Part shown: positions 39,542-49,464 of the stretch, one piece after another
Position numbering within the stretch: the stretch's first letter is position 1
Layout: the number at the start of each line of letters is the position of its first letter
Assembly (NCBI GenBank): GCA_030867685.1
Contig: JAQOWU010000008.1
Coordinates: forward strand, 3,968,001 to 4,032,000
DNA length: 64,000 nt
Direction of reading: 5' to 3'
Source: Wickerhamiella versatilis
Taxonomy: Eukaryota
Made by a program: the position numbers and the translations under genes
Notes under the pieces: generated by a model
Seen by the model: the letters and a program-made list of their open reading frames with translations, nothing else
What the model was told of the DNA's origin: nothing
Databases searched by the model: none

Positions 39542-41008
39542 ATGACATCGAAGTTGAAGCTAGCGAGACCTGAATTACTCCGTCATGCAATGCTCATTAA
39601 GGGAGAGTGGGTAACTAAAGCAGCCACTTTTCCTGTTTTAGATCCGGCTTCTCTTAAAGAGCTGGGTCCAGTGCCAGCTGGCACGACTGAAGATGTAAAT
39701 ACAGCGATTGTTGCCGCAAAGGGAGCATTCAATACGTTTAAAAAGACGACGGGTCGGTATCGTAGTGATGTGCTGCGTTCTTGGGCAAAGGCCATAAGAG
39801 AAAATGTCGATGATCTCGGCCGAATTGTATCGTACGAGAATGGTAAGCCTCTTTTAGAGGCTAAGGGAGAAGTTATGGCGTGTGCTCAGAATTTTGAATG
39901 GTTTAGTGAAGTGGCTCCTCATTACACAGGTGACACTATTCTGTCCCAAAATCCAAACGTGCGATTGCAGACGTGGAAACAGCCTATTGGTGTCTGCAGT
40001 ATTATTACCCCCTGGAATTTCCCTGCATCGATGATTGCTCGAAAGGCTGGTGCTGCCTTAGCTGCTGGTTGCACGATGGTCATCAAGCCGGCTGCAGAGA
40101 CACCTTTCTCCGCGTTGGCCATGGCGTATTTAGCTGAGGAAGCGGGAGTACCTGTTGGTGTTATCAATGTGGTTACTGGTAGCCACGAAGGAACACCAGC
40201 CATTGGTAAGGAGCTTTGCCAGCATCCTGATGTGGCCAAAGTAACCTTTACCGGAAGCACGCGCGTTGGCAAGATTCTCATGGAACAGGCGGCTGTTGGC
40301 ATGAAGAAAGTAAGTTTCGAGCTGGGTGGTAATGCTCCATTTATCGTCTTTGATGATGCAGACATTGAAAAGGCCGTCGCCGGGGCTCTTGCGTCGAAAT
40401 TTAGAGGATCTGGTCAAACTTGCATTTGTGCGAACCGGTTCTATGTCCAAGAAGGAATACATGATGCCTTTGTTGCTAGATTCGCTGAGGAGGTCAAGAA
40501 ACTCAAGGTAGGTCATGGCCTTGAGGAGGGCATAACACAGGGTCCTGTGATAAGCAATGTCAGTTTTGACAAGGTGCAGAAACTTACCAATGACGCAATT
40601 GCCAAGGGTGCGGTGGTTCACACAGGTGGCCATCCTCTTCCTAACTTGGGTCCACACTTCTTTGAGCCAACACTTCTAAGTGGCGGCACAAAAGACATGG
40701 AGATATTCCACGAGGAGGTCTTCGGTCCCCTTGCTGTTGTGGCTAAGTTTAAGACAGAGGATGAGGTTCTGGAGCTTGCCAACAATACAAGGGTTGGATT
40801 GGCTGGTTACTTCTTTACCAAAGACCTCGGAAGGCTTTACAGGGTCGCTGAGGCCCTGGAAGTTGGTATGATTGGTGTGAATACCGGTCTTATCACTGAA
40901 ACTGCACTTCCATTTGGTGGCGTCAAAGAGTCTGGCTTTGGTCGTGAGGGATCGAAGTATGGATTGGATGATTATACCATTGTTAAGACAGTTGCTGTGT
41001 CGATTTAA
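39542..41008 (+). CDS. UGA2: Succinate-semialdehyde dehydrogenase (NAD(P)+)
   Basis: ITPWNFP, FTGSTRVG, ELGGNAPFIVFDDAD, SKFRGSGQTCICANR, EEVFGP and FGGVKESGFGREGSKYG. Confidence 0.92.
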   Translation: MTSKLKLARPELLRHAMLIKGEWVTKAATFPVLDPASLKELGPVPAGTTEDVNTAIVAAKGAFNTFKKTTGRYRSDVLRSWAKAIRENVDDLGRIVSYENGKPLLEAKGEVMACAQNFEWFSEVAPHYTGDTILSQNPNVRLQTWKQPIGVCSIITPWNFPASMIARKAGAALAAGCTMVIKPAAETPFSALAMAYLAEEAGVPVGVINVVTGSHEGTPAIGKELCQHPDVAKVTFTGSTRVGKILMEQAAVGMKKVSFELGGNAPFIVFDDADIEKAVAGALASKFRGSGQTCICANRFYVQEGIHDAFVARFAEEVKKLKVGHGLEEGITQGPVISNVSFDKVQKLTNDAIAKGAVVHTGGHPLPNLGPHFFEPTLLSGGTKDMEIFHEEVFGPLAVVAKFKTEDEVLELANNTRVGLAGYFFTKDLGRLYRVAEALEVGMIGVNTGLITETALPFGGVKESGFGREGSKYGLDDYTIVKTVAVSI

Positions 41009-41079
41009 ATATTATGCCAAGTTTTACTAGTCTAGATCGTTTAGTAGATTACTAAGTAGAGTCGCGACAATACAATCAT

Positions 41080-42132
41080 ATGTTTTCAGATTATGGGAGT
41101 CTTCAAGAGGCATTTGTGGAGCACGACCGTGACAATTGGGAAGTATTTGCAGATGATCCTATGAATATAGTAAAAGATGTCCATCGAAGTGTTTATGAAG
41201 TTCGTAAATTTACAGCTGCTTATCGAACCTTCATATCGGCTCGATTGCCTCCAACAAGAACATTGGCCGAAACAGAACCCCCTCTAGTGCTAAAGACGTG
41301 TGATAGTGGTATAGATCGCCTGCTGGCGGGTGGTTTACGCGTAGGAAGTCTAACGGAAATCAGTGGTGAGGCTGGTGTTGGAAAGACAGGGCTCGTGGCC
41401 CAGATTTCCCTTGCCGCTCAAAAGGTAACGCCAGTAGTTATATTTATTTCAACGGAGGATAATTTATGGGCTCGGCGTATTGAGCAGATTGCTCCCAGAG
41501 TTTTCCAAGCTTCTCTTGACAGAATTATACATCGCAAATGCAATGATCTTGAAGATTTGGAAACGCTTGTTTTTGGTCACCTTCCAGCACTAATACGCCA
41601 CACTCGGACACGATTAATTATTATCGACAGTATCGCCAATGTAATGCTTCACAAGCATCTGAATCAGCAACAAATGCAGAATGGTAGTTCCTCCACAGCA
41701 CGAGACTATAAGCTTTATTCTCATTTAAAAAAACTTGCAGGGCAATTTGGCGTTGCTATCATATCAACGAATCACGTATCTGACTGGCGGCGTCGAAACT
41801 TGAGCCCGGAAGTGCATCCCAATGCACTCTACTTCGAGAATCAAGCTAGATGGCTTAACGGTAGTGAACTTGATTTGCTAGTGGATCCAGAATGTGGCCC
41901 CCCAAATCCTAAGATTGTCAAAATCCCGAAGCTTGGCTATACTTGGACGTCACAACTCGATCAAAGAATTGTACTTGAAAGGAATTTTCTGGGTTCAGGC
42001 CGCATCATGAAACTAGTATTTAGCTCATGGGCAGCCCCCTCTACCTTGGAATTCGATATTGATGCTTTGGGACTCTGGTCACGTGAAGAGCGGGAGTGTG
42101 ACGCGAGGAGACGCGTAAATCCCAACCCTTAA
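41080..42132 (+). CDS. RAD57: Rad51 paralog Rad57/XRCC3
   Basis: IDRLLAGGL, Walker A GEAGVGKT, FISTE, LIIIDSIA and PKLGYTWTSQLDQRIVL. Confidence 0.82.
   Translation: MFSDYGSLQEAFVEHDRDNWEVFADDPMNIVKDVHRSVYEVRKFTAAYRTFISARLPPTRTLAETEPPLVLKTCDSGIDRLLAGGLRVGSLTEISGEAGVGKTGLVAQISLAAQKVTPVVIFISTEDNLWARRIEQIAPRVFQASLDRIIHRKCNDLEDLETLVFGHLPALIRHTRTRLIIIDSIANVMLHKHLNQQQMQNGSSSTARDYKLYSHLKKLAGQFGVAIISTNHVSDWRRRNLSPEVHPNALYFENQARWLNGSELDLLVDPECGPPNPKIVKIPKLGYTWTSQLDQRIVLERNFLGSGRIMKLVFSSWAAPSTLEFDIDALGLWSREERECDARRRVNPNP
42100..42116. promoter_or_regulatory. Paired MCB-type elements (ACGCGA, ACGCGT; 10-bp spacing) upstream of MCM2, inside the RAD57 3' coding end
   Basis: ACGCGA at 42101 and ACGCGT at 42111, about 105-120 bp upstream of the MCM2 ATG. 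Confidence 0.55.
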
Positions 42133-42218
42133 TTAACCCTTGACCATCAATCTTCATAGCAGAATCCTTACTACGACAACATCTCTTAGTTCCACTTTAG
42201 CGTCTCTCATTTCCAACC

Positions 42219-44738
42219 ATGGCACCACGTAAGAGACATATCCAGGAAGCAGGTAGCGATTCTGAAAATGATGCCTCCGATGTCGAGGTTGGCCTTCTAC
42301 CAGGCGAGGGAGGAAGGGATGCCGAGGGTCCAGGAGAAGACTTGATTGGGGAGAGTATGTATCATGATGTGGGTGACAGTGAAATAGAGGAGGAAAATGA
42401 GGATGATGCAGCATTTATTGATAGTGATGATGACGATGACGCCGATGCCCATAGAGGTGATATTGACATTGGAGCAAGGAGGCAACTGGAAGCTCAACTG
42501 GAAAATCAAGATAGAGAGGTGCGTCATACTGACTGGTCTCTAGGACGCGAAATGAACCCTGCTGACATGGGTGGTTTTGAAGATGGCAGTCGCCGTAGTA
42601 GTGGGCGAGTTCCTGGAATGGGCTCGCCTGGTGAATTAGCGTCGTCGGACCCGGATCTTCTATTCCCACCCAGTGACGGTGGGAATTCGCCATCAAGTCC
42701 TAATGGAAGACCCCCTCAATTTGATGAAGATAGCTCTGATTCTAGTGATGAAGACGAGGATATGGCTAATATGACACTTGACGAACTTGCCGCTGTCAAG
42801 GCACCATCTGTTGCAGAGTGGATTACGATGCCTCGGGTTTCGAGGTCCATTGCTCACGAATTTCAATCGTTTTTGACGGAATTCACAATAGATGGTCAGA
42901 GCGTATATGGTACCCGTATTCGTACGTTGGCAGGTGAGCAAAGTGAGTCGCTGGAGGTTGATTTCCAGCATCTTGTGGAAACACGGGCTGTCTTGGCCTA
43001 CTTCCTTACAACAGCCCCCACTGAAATGTTGCATATTTTGGATGCAGTGGCTGTCGAATCAATCTCATTGATCTATCCTGAATTCATCCGCAATATTCAC
43101 CCTGAGATCCACGTACGTATTTCAGGTCTCCCGGCAAGCATGACTCTTCGGCAGCTCCGCGAACAACATCTTAACATGCTTGTACGTGTTCAAGGTGTTG
43201 TCACACGCCGTACAGGGGTCTTCCCTCAGCTGAAGTGGGTAAAATTTGACTGTCAAAAGTGCGGTCAAGTGTTGGGTCCTTATGCACAAGACTCATTCGC
43301 CGAAGTGAAGATCAATTTCTGTTATAACTGTCAAAGCCGGGGCCCTTTCTCTCTTAATAGTGAGCTTACTGTCTATCGTAATTATCAAAGGATTACGCTG
43401 CAAGAGACACCAGGAACAGTTCCTGCAGGGCGCTTGCCTCGTCATAGGGATGTCATTTTGCTTTGGGATCTTATAGATAATGCCAAGCCTGGTGATGAAA
43501 TCGATCTTACAGGGATATACCGCAACTCTTATGACGGGGGTCTGAATGCCAAGAGTGGGTTTCCGGTATTTGCCACCGTGATTGAAGCGAACTTTTTACG
43601 CCGTCGCGATGCAGGATTGCCCGAGAACCAGAGACTCACCGAATTGGAGGAACGTGAGGTACGGCAACTAAGTCGAGAACCAAATATTATTGATAAAATC
43701 GTGAAATCCATTGCACCTTCGATTTTCGGTCACAACTTCGAAAAGACTGCGCTCGCATGCTCGCTATTTGGAGGTGTACCTAAGACCGCAGGCAAGGTTC
43801 GACTGCGCGGTGATATCAATGTCCTTCTTCTGGGTGACCCAGGAACAGCAAAGTCTCAGTTTTTGAAATACTCAGAGATGACCTCGCATCGTGCTGTTTT
43901 CGCAACTGGTCAGGGTGCCTCAGCAGTAGGGTTAACCGCCTCTGTCCGAAAGGATCCCATGACTCGTGAATGGACCCTAGAAGGTGGTGCATTAGTGCTG
44001 GCGGACAAGGGGATGTGTCTCATCGACGAGTTTGATAAGATGAATGATCAAGACCGTACATCCATCCACGAAGCAATGGAACAGCAGTCCATTTCTATTT
44101 CAAAGGCAGGAATTGTTACATCACTTCAAGCACGATGCGCGGTAGTGGCCGCGGCTAATCCCGAGGGTGGACGGTATAACTCAACGCTGCCCTTTGCGCA
44201 GAATGTCGATCTTACAGAGCCCATTTTGTCGCGGTTCGATGTACTCTGTGTCGTCCGAGATGTAGTGAATGAGGAGCAAGACACAGAGCTTGCGAGTTTC
44301 GTAGTTGACTCTCATTCACGTGCACACCCTAAATCTACGACCAATGCACCGGAAGATGAGGTTGAAAGTGAACAGCTGCGACGAACTAAATACCGTCGCA
44401 AAGGTCCAATTCCCCAGGAGCTTCTTCGGAATTATATTTTCTATGCCCGCACGAAGGTGCGTCCGCAGCTTCTCTCGTTGGATGAAGATCGCATATCAGC
44501 CCTTTATCAGCAGCTGAGGAAGGAAAGCTTGGCCACCGGATCTTTCCCTATAACTGTGCGTCATCTTGAGTCTATCATTCGACTAAGTGAAAGCTTCGCC
44601 CGTATGCGATTGAGTGACTATGTAAGTAAGGATGATGTTGACAGGGCGGTCAAAGTTACTGTAAAGAGCTTTATTGGAGCACAGAAGATAAGTGTGCGGA
44701 AAAACCTGATGCGTACTTTCGCCAGGTTTTTGGATTAA
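42219..44738 (+). CDS. MCM2: Replicative helicase subunit Mcm2
   Basis: Acidic N-terminus, GVVTRRTGVFPQL, CQKC/CYNC zinc finger, LLGDPGTAKSQ, IDEFDKM, SRFD and PITVRHLES. Confidence 0.97.
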   Translation: MAPRKRHIQEAGSDSENDASDVEVGLLPGEGGRDAEGPGEDLIGESMYHDVGDSEIEEENEDDAAFIDSDDDDDADAHRGDIDIGARRQLEAQLENQDREVRHTDWSLGREMNPADMGGFEDGSRRSSGRVPGMGSPGELASSDPDLLFPPSDGGNSPSSPNGRPPQFDEDSSDSSDEDEDMANMTLDELAAVKAPSVAEWITMPRVSRSIAHEFQSFLTEFTIDGQSVYGTRIRTLAGEQSESLEVDFQHLVETRAVLAYFLTTAPTEMLHILDAVAVESISLIYPEFIRNIHPEIHVRISGLPASMTLRQLREQHLNMLVRVQGVVTRRTGVFPQLKWVKFDCQKCGQVLGPYAQDSFAEVKINFCYNCQSRGPFSLNSELTVYRNYQRITLQETPGTVPAGRLPRHRDVILLWDLIDNAKPGDEIDLTGIYRNSYDGGLNAKSGFPVFATVIEANFLRRRDAGLPENQRLTELEEREVRQLSREPNIIDKIVKSIAPSIFGHNFEKTALACSLFGGVPKTAGKVRLRGDINVLLLGDPGTAKSQFLKYSEMTSHRAVFATGQGASAVGLTASVRKDPMTREWTLEGGALVLADKGMCLIDEFDKMNDQDRTSIHEAMEQQSISISKAGIVTSLQARCAVVAAANPEGGRYNSTLPFAQNVDLTEPILSRFDVLCVVRDVVNEEQDTELASFVVDSHSRAHPKSTTNAPEDEVESEQLRRTKYRRKGPIPQELLRNYIFYARTKVRPQLLSLDEDRISALYQQLRKESLATGSFPITVRHLESIIRLSESFARMRLSDYVSKDDVDRAVKVTVKSFIGAQKISVRKNLMRTFARFLD

Positions 44739-44909
44739 TATCTACTGTAATTTAATTTAATATATTGTTTGTATTTGGGTATGTCTTGGTGCCAAATGAA
44801 AACACACGGAAGGGAAAAAATTATTGCTCAAAATAGCATCATTATAAAAATACAATCGTCAAAAGGGGTATCATATTTAATAGGAAACCTTGCAGTCAAT
44901 CCTATTTGA

Positions 44910-45635
44910 TTACTGGTCAAGGACGCCCACAACCTCGTCATCCAAGGTTGTATCGTAGTCTTCATTCCCTGGAACAGAAGGTGCCATCATTGGTGATAGC
45001 AATCGAGTAGTCAAGTGCATAAATATCACTCGTTTCCGCCGCTTGTTGAAGAAAAATAGCATCTGGGCCCATGCAACACCGCTATCGTCATCCTCAAGAA
45101 ATTGCTGCGGGAGTGTAAGCGAGTATATCTTACAATCACGCAAATCTATCTCCCGATTAATGACTTCCCATAGATTAGGGGGTGGAGACATGCCGTAGCT
45201 CAACAGAGCATTCGTCACCATATTGGCCACCCGAGTTGGACTTCTCTCACGCTCAAAGTTGTCTGGATGCAAGGCACTGAAATCTCTGTCAGGATCACTA
45301 GCATTAAGCACACTTATAAGGTATGCGTACTGCTTGCGATTCGAACTTTGGTCCATTGGACCAAATGGGCTAATCGGAAGTGTTGCTGAATTGGCCCGTC
45401 TCTTCTTCTCAATACTGGCTGGCGGAGAGAGCAGATGGCTATGCCCAAGCGAGGTGGCATCAATGTCGACCACTGCCTCGTCTAGCTGTTTGTCGAGAGT
45501 TCGTTGAAGCCGCCGATCGGACGACGCTTGCTTTGTCGTGAAGAGTTCAATTCCGCTGGTTAGACGCACGTCTTGAAAAGTCCGAGACATAGCATCACCT
45601 AGGTGGGATAACTCAGGTGACTCGACGTAACGCAT
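44910..45635 (-). CDS. MAF1: RNA polymerase III repressor Maf1
   Basis: ELFTTKQASSDRRL, SPFGPMDQSSNRKQYAYLISVLNASDPDRDFS and FFFNKRRKRV. Confidence 0.92.
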   Translation of the reverse strand: MRYVESPELSHLGDAMSRTFQDVRLTSGIELFTTKQASSDRRLQRTLDKQLDEAVVDIDATSLGHSHLLSPPASIEKKRRANSATLPISPFGPMDQSSNRKQYAYLISVLNASDPDRDFSALHPDNFERERSPTRVANMVTNALLSYGMSPPPNLWEVINREIDLRDCKIYSLTLPQQFLEDDDSGVAWAQMLFFFNKRRKRVIFMHLTTRLLSPMMAPSVPGNEDYDTTLDDEVVGVLDQ

Positions 45636-45822
45636 TGCAACAACGCGTTAGTTTCACGTGGATTGTGATCGGTGCACACCTGATTAAGCGTAACTGGTAA
45701 TAACCCTAACCATAATATATTCCAACTTGGGGGAGAGAACCAGCCCCTCCCACAATTTAGGATTAATAGGTCAATTCATATATGAACATTTCTTTTACTT
45801 GCAATTCTGTATTCCTTTGAGA

Positions 45823-46797
45823 TTACAAGAAGTATTCGGGCCGTGGCTGTTTCATAGGCACCACCTGCCGCGTATCGTCGGGTTGCACTGCCTCGAACAC
45901 ATCGTAATGGCGCTCCAATTCATCATTGATAGTAAGGATTGCTGCAACATTACCACACCGATAACAGTAATTAGGAGCACTCCAAACAGTAACAAGTTCA
46001 CGATCAAACAGCTCCTTATAGCCCTCCAAAATCAATTGGTGCGCTCGCGCAATCAGGCTGGTATTGTTTATTTGGTTGAATAGACGAACAGGCTGTTGCC
46101 CAAATAGGAAACCTGCCCCACGTGTTGATGTTGCCCATGACCTGAGGGCGAGACTTGCCGCACTGTCGTCAGGATCGCTCCCGTTACCGAGTGTATCGTC
46201 GGGATCGCTCCATAATAGATCACACATTGGCCCTTCATGGGGAACTTCCTGTTTGCGGTCTATTGCCCTTATCTCATCCAAACGGTTTATATCCGGTGAA
46301 AGGCCACCGTGCACGCAGAATACGCCACCAGGTCCCCCCACCAGTGCAGACAGGGACAGATAATCAAACACGTCACAGCACATACGCCACACGTTTGCTG
46401 ATCCATACTTTCGCAGACATTCATCGTAAAAACCATAAGACGTCGTTATTTGGCGGGATTCATGGTTGCCTCGAATCAGGGTCATGCGATCGGGGAATCG
46501 CACTTTGAGAGTCAAGAGTAATAGGAAACTCTCGACACTATAGAACCCACGATCCACAAAATCACCTAAAAACAAGTAATTTGTATCTGGACACTTTCCC
46601 CCTGTTTTAAAAAGCGTAAAAAGATCGTGAAGCTGTCCGTGTATATCACCACAAATAGTTACGGGAGTTGCCACAAGTTGTACGTTACTCTCCTCGATCA
46701 GAATTTCTTGAGCCATGACGCAGATCTGCGCCACCATGGGTTCAGGAACAAGCTCCCCCCGAAGAATTTGTTCCAGCGCCCTGTCAAGTAAACTCAT
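45823..46797 (-). CDS. PPH3: Protein phosphatase 4 catalytic subunit
   Basis: [41 protein letters not shown] and C-terminal EYFL. The N-terminus [16 protein letters not shown] is PP4-type. Likely start ATG 46797 (alternative 46866). Confidence 0.88.
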   Translation of the reverse strand: MSLLDRALEQILRGELVPEPMVAQICVMAQEILIEESNVQLVATPVTICGDIHGQLHDLFTLFKTGGKCPDTNYLFLGDFVDRGFYSVESFLLLLTLKVRFPDRMTLIRGNHESRQITTSYGFYDECLRKYGSANVWRMCCDVFDYLSLSALVGGPGGVFCVHGGLSPDINRLDEIRAIDRKQEVPHEGPMCDLLWSDPDDTLGNGSDPDDSAASLALRSWATSTRGAGFLFGQQPVRLFNQINNTSLIARAHQLILEGYKELFDRELVTVWSAPNYCYRCGNVAAILTINDELERHYDVFEAVQPDDTRQVVPMKQPRPEYFL

Positions 46798-47191
46798 GAA
46801 ACTATTTTGTGGGTTGATTACTACTACACTATTTGCATTTGTTGGTGTTATCGTCTGTGCTAACATACTTGGGAAAGTTCTTCGGCTGGTAGTCACAGAA
46901 ATAAACTGCGACTATAATTTGCTATTTTATTTGCCGTAGCAAGGAGGAATTTTCCTGTTGCTCAATCAATATTGTAAGTACGGATGAAATTATATGTCTT
47001 AGGATCTTAATGAAGCTGATAACTAGAGCGAGTAAACTACCAAAAAAAAGCCAATTAGTGTCGAATCTTTACGGCTCGCACACAGCTTCGGGTGTAACCT
47101 TTCTGCCTCAGGTCACGTGTATATCGATGACATAACAAGAGCCATAATCAGCCCAATCACTGTCCTCGTAATACTCTAACACCGATCCCTA

Positions 47192-47842
47192 ATGCAGCGG
47201 GTAGTTGGTCTTCGTGCTCTGTCTCTTCTGAGCCGAAGGAACCCCATGGTCATGGGTGTGCGAATGCAGTCGAACTACGCAGTAGGTAATGAGACTGGAG
47301 CGCCCCCGGCTGGGTTCCGTGTCAAGCCTCCTAAGTCGTGGGAGGAGGAAAGCGAGAGCGCACTTAGCAAGGCTACGAAGTGGTTCTTGCTCTCTGAAAT
47401 GTTCCGTGGTATGTATGTTAATCTCGAGAATTACTTCAGAGCGCCTTACACCATTTATTATCCTTACGAGAAAGGACCCATTTCTCCCCGGTTTCGGGGT
47501 GAGCATGCCCTGCGACGCTATCCTACTGGGGAGGAGCGATGTATTGCTTGCAAGCTGTGTGAGGCTGTCTGTCCTGCACAGGCTATTACCATTGAAGCAG
47601 AAGAACGTGTTGACGGTTCGAGACGCACGACAAAATATGATATAGACATGACGAAATGCATATACTGTGGATACTGCCAGGAGTCGTGCCCCGTGGATGC
47701 AATCGTTGAGACTCCGAATATGGAATTCTCCACTGAAACACGTGAGGAGCTTTTGTATAACAAAGAAAAACTTTTAGCCAACGGCGATAAGTGGGAGCAA
47801 GAATTGCAATATTGCCTGACAGCTGATGCAAACTATCGCTAA
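47192..47842 (+). CDS. NUIM: NADH:ubiquinone oxidoreductase (complex I) TYKY/NDUFS8 iron-sulfur subunit
   Basis: [21 protein letters not shown], two 4Fe-4S motifs ([12 protein letters not shown] and [12 protein letters not shown]), and a mitochondrial presequence. Confidence 0.96.
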   Translation: MQRVVGLRALSLLSRRNPMVMGVRMQSNYAVGNETGAPPAGFRVKPPKSWEEESESALSKATKWFLLSEMFRGMYVNLENYFRAPYTIYYPYEKGPISPRFRGEHALRRYPTGEERCIACKLCEAVCPAQAITIEAEERVDGSRRTTKYDIDMTKCIYCGYCQESCPVDAIVETPNMEFSTETREELLYNKEKLLANGDKWEQELQYCLTADANYR

Positions 47843-48001
47843 TATGTGAGGTACTTTACTTTTTTTTATAGATCAATCTAGTATGGAAATAGTGCTTAGC
47901 TTGATATATATGGTTACAAACTACCGGCGAAAAAGAAAATAATCGCATGGGCATCAAGCATGTGCTATGCCAATATTCTATAATTTAGAAATTTCGAGCT
48001 A

Positions 48002-49213
48002 TTACTGACTGGCACATTGGACACGTTCTCCACCTGGCATTCCATCTTCGTCTTCATCCATGGGTTCGCCAGCGGAGGGCATTTGTGATGGGTCCATACC
48101 AACCATTTCAACCTCTTCTGCAGTATCCGGTACATCCTTGGGCTGCTGCTTAGGGGGCAGAACTGCCTCAACCTTCTGAATCGTCTCAGGTGTCATGTAA
48201 CTAGGGTCTGGGAACTCAACTTCGAAGATACAAATCATATTACCATAACTGAGAAGACGCTGAGTGGGCATACCCTTTTCAGGGAGATACTTAAGATCAC
48301 CTGGCTTGATAACTTCACCCTGGGGGATCTCGATGTGGTAATATTCACCATCAAGCTGCTTAACAGTGAAGCTACCACCACACAATGCCGTGGCCAGATC
48401 TATCTTCACGTGAGTGACCAAATCATTTCCGCGACGCTCGAAACGGTCATGCTTCTCTTCCTCTACAACGAATACAACATCGCCTGGCAAAACATCAGGA
48501 CCTGAATCACCCATACCCTCGAAGACAATACGCTGTCCATCACGCATACCCTTTTCGATATGCACTTCAAGCACCTTAGTCTCCTGGACGGTCTTGTTGC
48601 CCTTGCATTCCTTGCACTTATCAGCCGGCTTAACAGATTCACCCTGGCCATCACAATCAGGACATTGAGTCTGGAATTGCTGTATCATGGGTCCCAGCTG
48701 CCTGGAAACGATCTTCACACCTTGGCCGCCACAAGAATTACAGGTCTTAACATTCTTGCCACCCTTACCGTTACAGGTGGAACATTTGACAGTACGCTTG
48801 AGGGCCATTTTCGAGGTCTTTCCATTGTACAGATCTTCCAAACGCACATGGATAACGTGCATGATGTCCCGCGACCGGCGCGGGCCCCGTCGGCGACCAC
48901 CTCCACCAAATCCGCCACCAAACATTCCACCACCGAAGAACTGACTGAAAAGATCTTCCGCGCCACCAGCGCTTGCACCGCCATTCTGCAAGCCCTCTAA
49001 GCCAAACTGATCATACATAGATCGCTTTTCAGGATCGCTCAAAATCTCATAGGCCCCTGTAACCTCCTTGAATTTCTCAGCGGCCTCCGCATTTCCTGGA
49101 TTCTTGTCTGGATGGTACCTCAAGGCAGTTTTCCTGTAAGACTTTTTGATCTCAGTCTCTGTTGCCTCTGCATGCACTCCCAGCAATTCATAGAGCTTGG
49201 TATCCGACACCAT
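48002..49213 (-). CDS. YDJ1: Type I Hsp40 co-chaperone Ydj1
   Basis: J-domain with HPD, G/F region, CxxCxGxG repeats and C-terminal CaaX box CASQ. Confidence 0.96.
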   Translation of the reverse strand: MVSDTKLYELLGVHAEATETEIKKSYRKTALRYHPDKNPGNAEAAEKFKEVTGAYEILSDPEKRSMYDQFGLEGLQNGGASAGGAEDLFSQFFGGGMFGGGFGGGGRRRGPRRSRDIMHVIHVRLEDLYNGKTSKMALKRTVKCSTCNGKGGKNVKTCNSCGGQGVKIVSRQLGPMIQQFQTQCPDCDGQGESVKPADKCKECKGNKTVQETKVLEVHIEKGMRDGQRIVFEGMGDSGPDVLPGDVVFVVEEEKHDRFERRGNDLVTHVKIDLATALCGGSFTVKQLDGEYYHIEIPQGEVIKPGDLKYLPEKGMPTQRLLSYGNMICIFEVEFPDPSYMTPETIQKVEAVLPPKQQPKDVPDTAEEVEMVGMDPSQMPSAGEPMDEDEDGMPGGERVQCASQ

Positions 49214-49290
49214 AATTTACTTGAAAAACTAAGAGTTCGAGACCAGTTTCTCCTTGTATAATATCAATTAGGTTTGGGAGAAATAGATTT

Positions 49291-49330
49291 TTCTGGAAAA
49301 ACCTCCTTACTAATCAAAGGAATATTCTAG
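49291..49330. promoter_or_regulatory. Heat-shock-element-like units upstream of YDJ1
   Basis: TTCTGGAA at 49291-49298 and GAATATTC at 49320-49327 (nTTCnnGAAn / nGAAnnTTCn), about 80-115 bp upstream of a chaperone gene. Confidence 0.45.
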
Positions 49331-49464
49331 TTGTATCGTGCATTGCCCAGCCCGATCGATAATCTAGGTTGATATGTGCAATTTTCGAGACTATATCAAT
49401 AAAAAAAAATATATGCAATTGCGAAACTGAGAAGTCGCAATAGCTTTCCCTTCTTCTCGATTAA

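Noticed and set aside
39542-41008. Horizontal transfer of bacterial gabD (likewise ribD- or trpF-like genes)
   Set aside because: Motifs such as KQPIGVCSIITPWNFP look fungal and there is no operon context. A phylogeny would be needed to fully exclude transfer.
5280-41008. Stop-codon read-through (TGA-CTA) creating cryptic PTS1 tails
   Set aside because: The TGA stops checked (kleisin, transporter, YPD1, ERD2) are not followed by CTA; IPP1 and UGA2 end in TAA.
46800-46868. GTATGT donor-like site on the minus strand upstream of PPH3 (5' UTR intron)
   Set aside because: No convincing CTAAC branch point before the candidate AG acceptors.
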